Origin: Candidatus Cloacimonadota bacterium
GTDB taxonomy: Bacteria; Cloacimonadota; Cloacimonadia; Cloacimonadales; WRIO01
Reading direction: 5' to 3'
Length of the DNA stretch: 64,000 bases
Assembly (NCBI GenBank): GCA_029564175.1
Contig: JAKQQL010000192.1
Coordinates: 1-64,000, forward strand
The notes beneath the pieces were generated by a model. The model was given only the letters and a program-made list of their open reading frames with translations, did not search any database and had not been told where the DNA came from. Positions within the stretch are counted from its first letter, which is position 1; every line of letters starts with the position of its first letter. Shown one piece after another: positions 58,802 to 64,000 of this stretch. Made by a program: the position numbers and the translations under genes.

Positions 58802-59962
58802 TTATTCGATAAAATAGGTTTTAAGAGGAGGAAATCCATTAAATTCAACAGAACAGTAACTTGAGGTATAGGCTCCGGTTGTAAACCAGTACAAACGATC
58901 TCCAATAGATAAACTCAAAGGTAATTCATATTTCGTATCTTCGTACATAATGTCTTGAGAATCACAGGTTGGCCCTGCAATCACAACCTCTTCCATTTCT
59001 CCCTTCTTTTCGGTATAAATAGGAAATTTGATTGATTCTTCAAGCGTTTCTATTAAACCGTTAAATTTGCCCACGTCAGTATAAACCCAACGGTTTAAAG
59101 CGGTTCTGGATTTTCTGGAGACTAAAACTACTTCGCTGACAATCATCCCAGCTTCAGCAACCAGTGATCGACCTGGTTCCAGAATAATTTCAGGATGATC
59201 ATCTCCAAAATCTTCTATAATATAACGGGTAATCTCTGAAGCATAAACCGATAAATCATTGGTTCTTGCTACATAATTTGCAGGGAAACCGCCACCCATA
59301 TTAATCATTTTCAATTTAATACCTTCTTCTTCTTCCAGCCATGTAAAGATATATTTTACTTTTGAAATCGCTGCATCCCACGCAGATATATCTCTTTGCT
59401 GTGATCCTACATGGAAAGAGATTCCATAAGGCTCAAGTCCCAATTTGCTGGCAAGAATGATCAGATCAGTCGCCAGGTCTGTCTGACAACCAAATTTACG
59501 GGATAAAGGCCAGTCAGCTGTTTCCATACCTTCGGTCAGAATTCTGACAAAAATTCTTGAACCTGGTGCTGCTTTGGCTATATTTCTCAGGTCTGCTTCA
59601 CTATCTGTCACATAGAGACGAACGCCTGCTTCATAAAATTCTCTGATATCTTTGGATTTTTTAATCGTGTTTCCGTAACTGATTCTATCGGGTGTGACAC
59701 CCAATTCCAGTAAACGTCTTAATTCATAAACAGAGGCTACATCAAAGTTTGAGCCTAAATCTCTTAAAAGAGATAATACTTCGACTGCTGGATTTGCTTT
59801 TACTGCATAGTAAACTTTTGCAAAAGGGAAGTTCTCTTTTAATTCATAATAATTGGATTTAATAATACTTAAGTTGCACACAATAAAAGGGGTTTCTTTA
59901 GTATCTGCAAAACTCTTAAATTTTTTCCAGTCTTCCGGAGAGTAGTAGTTATCTTTGATCAT
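58802..59962 (-). CDS. Fold-type III PLP ornithine/lysine decarboxylase
   Basis: YYAVKANP (PLP Lys), FDVAS, SFHVGSQ, NMGGGF, EPGR, GPTCDS and GAYT motifs. GGAGG RBS before the ATG at 59962. Confidence 0.93.
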   Translation of the reverse strand: MIKDNYYSPEDWKKFKSFADTKETPFIVCNLSIIKSNYYELKENFPFAKVYYAVKANPAVEVLSLLRDLGSNFDVASVYELRRLLELGVTPDRISYGNTIKKSKDIREFYEAGVRLYVTDSEADLRNIAKAAPGSRIFVRILTEGMETADWPLSRKFGCQTDLATDLIILASKLGLEPYGISFHVGSQQRDISAWDAAISKVKYIFTWLEEEEGIKLKMINMGGGFPANYVARTNDLSVYASEITRYIIEDFGDDHPEIILEPGRSLVAEAGMIVSEVVLVSRKSRTALNRWVYTDVGKFNGLIETLEESIKFPIYTEKKGEMEEVVIAGPTCDSQDIMYEDTKYELPLSLSIGDRLYWFTTGAYTSSYCSVEFNGFPPLKTYFIE

Positions 59963-60056
59963 TGTATCCTCCAATCTTTAGGAGGTTTTTAATAGTCATA
60001 GCTAAACATCTGTCAGGGGGGTGTACCTGAGTATTCCATCTTCTGATGTCAAACAT
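59949..60056 (-). CDS. Putative regulatory leader peptide of the decarboxylase (35 aa)
   Basis: AAAAGGAGG-CTAAA-ATG. Sequence MFDIRRWNTQVHPPDRCLAMTIKNLLKIGGYNDQR. It overlaps the decarboxylase SD and start out of frame. Confidence 0.65.
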   Translation of the reverse strand: MFDIRRWNTQVHPPDRCLAMTIKNLLKIGGYNDQR

Positions 60057-60107
60057 TTTAGCCTCCTTTTCTTAAATATTTATGTGTTACGCATAATTAA
60101 TCCCCAA

Positions 60108-60116
60108 ATTATAGCA
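60108..60116 (-). promoter_or_regulatory. Extended -10 promoter for the leader-decarboxylase transcript
   Basis: TGCTATAAT (TGnTATAAT) on the minus strand, about 50 bp upstream of the leader ATG. Confidence 0.6.
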
Positions 60117-60284
60117 AGTATTTTTTTAAAATATTTATAAAAGACATTATTGCAATTATTTATAAAACGAATTTCTAGCTTGTATCTACCAGATAATCAG
60201 AAAAAAAACAAACATTTCTTACAAAAAGAGAAAATCAAATAAAGTAAAAAAAAACTTATTATAATTAATATAAATAATAGTTTT

Positions 60285-60328
60285 GATAAGGAAAGGATAA
60301 GGAAAGGATAAGGAAGGAATAAGAAAAG
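60285..60328. repeat. Short tandem repeat (GATAAGGAAAG, about 3-4 copies)
   Basis: GATAAGGAAAG GATAAGGAAAG GATAAGGAAG GAATAAGAAAAG. Confidence 0.8.
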
Positions 60329-60355
60329 TTTTCAAAAATTTACAGGTCAGATCTT

Positions 60356-61252
60356 CTAAGGTAAACGATTAATCAATCTGACAATCTGTTCAAGACTGAG
60401 TCCTGTTAAGATCAAAAATAGTCCAATACCTTGCCATACAGAAAAACTTTCTTTTAGGATAATGACTGCTAAAAAGGAGGCAAAGACCGGTTTTAGTAAA
60501 AAAAACATTGAAGATAATGAAGCATCAATTTTTTGTAATCCTTTTGAATAGAGTATATATGCAAAACCCGTAACAAAGAGACCAAGGTAAAGAAGAGCAC
60601 TTATATTTTTAATATTAGGACTGAAACTCAAATCTACTTTAAGTAGTAATCCAACAATTAATAAAACGATTGCTCCAACGAAGAAAGAGATACAATTAAA
60701 AACAACTGCTCCGTATTTATGAATATTTTTTTTTGCAAGAACTGTAAACAAAGCAAACGAGACCGATGCCATCATGCTAAAGATAATGCCCAGTGAAACA
60801 CTTTTAGCCGGAGTATAGTCCAAACCCTGATTGCCTGCTACAACCATAATCATGCCAATTATTCCTGCAATAATTCCGATTAGCCGATATTTGCCGATTT
60901 TTTCTTCTAAAATAAAAAAAGCCAGCAAACTGACAAAAATGGAATTTGAACTGATTAAAATCGCAGCAATAAGGGCTTTCCCATAAAAAATAGCCAGTTG
61001 GAGTAAATACATACTGACTGTAATATTGATGATGCCAGGTAAAGCCATAGAAAGTATATCTTTTTTGTTTAAAGAGATTGTATTTTTTTTGAGTTGAAAT
61101 ATCGTAGGAACTAATAAAATCAGACTTCCGATTAAAAATCTATATGCAGTTACTGCAAGTGGACTAATATCGGCGCCAATCATTTTGCCGGTAAATTCAA
61201 GAGTGGAAAAGAAAAATATAGCCAGAATACAAAATATATAAGCGATTTGCAT
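60356..61252 (-). CDS. EamA/DMT family transporter
   Basis: Two EamA repeats (AYRFLIG, LLYLGLFVTGFAY, LKPVFASFLAVIILKE). AAGGAG RBS before the ATG at 61252. Confidence 0.88.
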   Translation of the reverse strand: MQIAYIFCILAIFFFSTLEFTGKMIGADISPLAVTAYRFLIGSLILLVPTIFQLKKNTISLNKKDILSMALPGIINITVSMYLLQLAIFYGKALIAAILISSNSIFVSLLAFFILEEKIGKYRLIGIIAGIIGMIMVVAGNQGLDYTPAKSVSLGIIFSMMASVSFALFTVLAKKNIHKYGAVVFNCISFFVGAIVLLIVGLLLKVDLSFSPNIKNISALLYLGLFVTGFAYILYSKGLQKIDASLSSMFFLLKPVFASFLAVIILKESFSVWQGIGLFLILTGLSLEQIVRLINRLP

Positions 61253-61438
61253 TAAAAACTCCTTTTTATTCTCTTCAAATAGAAATGAAAAATAAGTCAA
61301 GAGAAAAGAATATTAGCTTGAAAAAATGGATTATTAAAGCATTTAAAAAAAAAGCGGTAAAACATGAATGTCATCTTGACAAAGTATCTGATTTATTATT
61401 TTTGACTAAGTAATAACGATATTCTTATTGGAGGAAAA

Positions 61439-61759
61439 ATGGCTGGAATTGAAACTGAAATTCAAATCAATTATGACAGTTTACTCAAACAGGGTTTTGC
61501 AGTAATTGATGTCAGATACAAAGACTATGATGTAACTAATGAAACCTACAAACTGGTAATTGCAAAAATTGAAGGTGATCGTGACGATTTTTATCCATCA
61601 ATGTTAAAACACTATATGGGAAAAGAAGTTAAGGATCGTAATGTTTACGAATTATGGACTAATATCTTAAAACATAAAATCAGCATGAGTGCCCAGTTAA
61701 AACGTGATGTTTACATTAAAGTTGCAGCCATGGATTATTTAGAGAATTTCTTTGTATGA
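61439..61759 (+). CDS. Hypothetical protein with DUF4032-like C-terminus
   Basis: GGAGG RBS. LWTNILKHKISMS..LKRDVYIKVAAMDY resembles the DUF4032 pattern (ILEHRWYLSE...DVG...AA.DY). Confidence 0.55.
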   Translation: MAGIETEIQINYDSLLKQGFAVIDVRYKDYDVTNETYKLVIAKIEGDRDDFYPSMLKHYMGKEVKDRNVYELWTNILKHKISMSAQLKRDVYIKVAAMDYLENFFV

Positions 61760-62166
61760 TACAGCAAACACTTTTACTTATCAAACCAAATGCCACCGCC
61801 AAGAATGTGATCGGACGCATTATTGATATCGCTGAATGCAATCAGTTTAGAGTAAAACAGTTAAAAATGTTTACGATGTCTCAGGATATTGCAGACCAGT
61901 TTTATGAAATGCATAAAGGGAAATCTTTTTTTCAAAGCCTGTGTGATTTTATGACATCTGGTCATACGGTTGCTGTTATTTTGGAAAAAGATAATGCCAT
62001 TGAAGAATTACGTTTACTGGTAGGTAACACTGACCCCGTTAAAGCAAATCCGGGCACTATTCGTCACATGTATGGAGAATCCGTAACTGTAAATGCCGTT
62101 CATGCTTCAGACAGTGAAGAGAATGCAATCAGAGAGATTAATATCATATTTTATGAAAATGAATAA
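61756..62166 (+). CDS. ndk: Nucleoside diphosphate kinase
   Basis: TLLLIKP, GTIR and NAVHASDS motifs. Confidence 0.96.
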   Translation: MIQQTLLLIKPNATAKNVIGRIIDIAECNQFRVKQLKMFTMSQDIADQFYEMHKGKSFFQSLCDFMTSGHTVAVILEKDNAIEELRLLVGNTDPVKANPGTIRHMYGESVTVNAVHASDSEENAIREINIIFYENE

Positions 62167-62277
62167 TCCATCAAAACACAAGTAAGCTCTTATGAAAAAC
62201 AAGAATGAAGGCAACTTGTCTTCAATAAACAAGCAATACAAGCACCAGCTTGAATATACCATAAAACAGGAGAAAAA

Positions 62278-63483
62278 ATGAATATACTGGTTTTAAACTG
62301 CGGTAGCTCATCAATCAAATTTCAGTTATTGAATATGGCAGAAGAAAACGTAATGGCAGAAGGAATCGTTGAAAGAATTGGAGAAGATGTTTCTTTATAT
62401 ACTTACAAAAGCGAACCCTATACCAAAAAGAAAAGAGAAATTGTGATAGAAGATCATGCCAAGGGTCTTCAAATGATCATTGATACACTATTAGATCCGA
62501 ATCATGGTGTGATAAAAAATGCAAATGAAATAGATGCGGTAGGACACAGACTTGTCCATGGTGGTGAATATTTCTCCGGTAGTGTTAAAATTACCAGAGA
62601 AGTAGAAGAAGTGCTTGAAAAATGCTGTGCACTTGCTCCTCTCCATAACCCAGCTAACATCAGAGGTATCGAGGCTGTTCATAAAAATTTACCAAACACT
62701 GTTCAGTGTGGTAGTTTTGATACTGCATTTCATCAGACAATCCCTGCCAAAGCTTATCTCTATCCAATACCACTTAAGTTATACAATGAAAACAAGATTC
62801 GACGTTATGGATTTCATGGTACATCTCATCAATATGTCAGTATGAAAGCAGCAGAGTATCTTGGCAAAGATATAAAAGATTTGAAAATTATTACATGTCA
62901 CATCGGAAACGGAGCATCCATTACTGCCATTGACAAAGGCAGATCAATTGATACATCAATGGGTTTTACTCCTCTTGAAGGATTAATGATGGGAACCCGT
63001 TGTGGTGATTTAGATCCGGCTATTCCTGTCTATATGTGCAAAACACTGGGTATGAGCATTGATGAAGTAGATACGATGCTTAATAAAAAAAGCGGTATGT
63101 TGGGATTATCACAGATTTCTAACGATATGAGAGAAATCGAAGAAGAAATTCTTGAAAAGAAAGAACCACGTGCTATCCAGGCACATGATGTTTATGCTTA
63201 CAGAATTAAAAAATATATCGGTGCATATATGGCTGCATTAAATGGCTGTGATGTACTGATCTTTACCGGTGGTGTGGGGGAAAAAATGCCAATTCTCAGA
63301 GAGCTGGTTTTACGTGATATGGATGGTCTTGGTTTTGTATTAAATCAGGAAAACAATAAAATATTTAATGATGAAATCGTTGATTTAAGTGCGCCTGAAT
63401 CCAGAGTGAAAATTCTGAAAGTGCCTACTAATGAAGAGTTAATGATTGCACTAGAAACACAAAAATTAGTATCAGAAAAATAA
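62278..63483 (+). CDS. ackA: Acetate/propionate kinase
   Basis: LVLNCGSSSIK, GHRLVHGG, APLHNP, FDTAFH, YGFHGTSH and TNEE motifs. Confidence 0.96.
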   Translation: MNILVLNCGSSSIKFQLLNMAEENVMAEGIVERIGEDVSLYTYKSEPYTKKKREIVIEDHAKGLQMIIDTLLDPNHGVIKNANEIDAVGHRLVHGGEYFSGSVKITREVEEVLEKCCALAPLHNPANIRGIEAVHKNLPNTVQCGSFDTAFHQTIPAKAYLYPIPLKLYNENKIRRYGFHGTSHQYVSMKAAEYLGKDIKDLKIITCHIGNGASITAIDKGRSIDTSMGFTPLEGLMMGTRCGDLDPAIPVYMCKTLGMSIDEVDTMLNKKSGMLGLSQISNDMREIEEEILEKKEPRAIQAHDVYAYRIKKYIGAYMAALNGCDVLIFTGGVGEKMPILRELVLRDMDGLGFVLNQENNKIFNDEIVDLSAPESRVKILKVPTNEELMIALETQKLVSEK

Positions 63484-63492
63484 GAGGTTATC

Positions 63493-64000
63493 ATGAAAAG
63501 GACAAAACTGTGTATTCTGCTGATATTGTTAATGACCACATTGTTTGCTGACAACAAATTGAATTTATCCAATCCAGACGATTATTATAATGCTTTTCTG
63601 AAAACCCGTGCCGATTTAAGCGGTAAGGAAGTGGTATATTATTGGACTGGAACTGTTTATAGTTTTGTCCCTGGAGAAAAAGATAGCCCATTATTTAAAT
63701 TTGAAGGCTTTAATGTAGCTAAACTGGTCAAAGTAGAAGGCGGATATGAGATGCTTACTCGTGAAGCCGCCTTTTACGAAGACCTTAAAACAGGGCAGAT
63801 TATCGAAAAATGGCAAAATCCATGGTTAAAAAAAGAAGTGGAAGTCGTTCAGATCTGGAATGATCCGGTAAATCAAAGTTTTGTTTTTCCGGAACAATTC
63901 AGACCCTATATGCATAAATTATTACCATCCAATGATCTTGGTAACATGATGAGCTTTAATCTGGATTTATTTTTAAATTATCCATCACCCCTTAAAAGAG
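63493..64000 (+). CDS. DUF1838-like secreted protein, runs off the window end
   Basis: Manual translation gives MKRTKLCILLILL...VVYYWTGTVYSFVPGEKDSPLFKFEGFNVA...WQNPW...NDPVN. Confidence 0.7.
   Translation, partial: MKRTKLCILLILLMTTLFADNKLNLSNPDDYYNAFLKTRADLSGKEVVYYWTGTVYSFVPGEKDSPLFKFEGFNVAKLVKVEGGYEMLTREAAFYEDLKTGQIIEKWQNPWLKKEVEVVQIWNDPVNQSFVFPEQFRPYMHKLLPSNDLGNMMSFNLDLFLNYPSPLKR

Noticed and set aside
58615..58812. 65-aa ORF between the debranching-enzyme gene and the decarboxylase
   Set aside because: No RBS, it runs through the decarboxylase terminator, and it has no recognisable features.
60023..60033. 11-bp match (TACTCAGGTAC) between the decarboxylase leader and the MITE left end
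   Set aside because: No partner TIR or target duplication nearby, so it is treated as chance.
62167..62260. Several ACAAG words in the ndk-ackA spacer resembling the REP core
   Set aside because: Too degenerate, and no intact palindrome.

Overview
AT-rich chromosomal window from an anaerobic diderm bacterium. It encodes LolA, an LptE-like protein, a SurA-like chaperone, 2-oxoacid:ferredoxin oxidoreductase and methylmalonyl-CoA epimerase. The gene style suggests Candidatus Cloacimonadota, but that is inference only. The window contains the replication origin: dnaA (28122-29450) is flanked by DnaA boxes, and downstream there is a clear DnaA-box / GC-tract / DnaA-trio / AT-rich unwinding module, with no dnaN or rpmH alongside. 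Most other genes are housekeeping or metabolic: korABCD, mce, ettA, fumarate hydratase, pepD, dacB, def-fmt, ftsK-lolA, ychF, rluB, purE, comM, a four-gene glycogen cluster, ndk and ackA. There is one tRNA-Gly(CCC). The top finding is an unannotated 35-codon leader ORF (59949-60056, minus strand) in the 5' leader of a fold-III ornithine/lysine decarboxylase gene. It has a strong RBS and IRR and HPPD motifs, and it overlaps the decarboxylase start codon, whose SD sits in a CCTCC/GGAGG hairpin. It is a candidate new polyamine- or ornithine-sensing arrest-peptide/attenuation system. Other findings include a 569-bp MITE-like element with terminal inverted repeats (TIRs) and a near-perfect 8-bp target-site duplication (TSD), a covarying REP-like palindrome family, a TPR-HisKA-only gene pair, and two EIIA fusion proteins. 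No CRISPR array, rRNA or transposase was seen.
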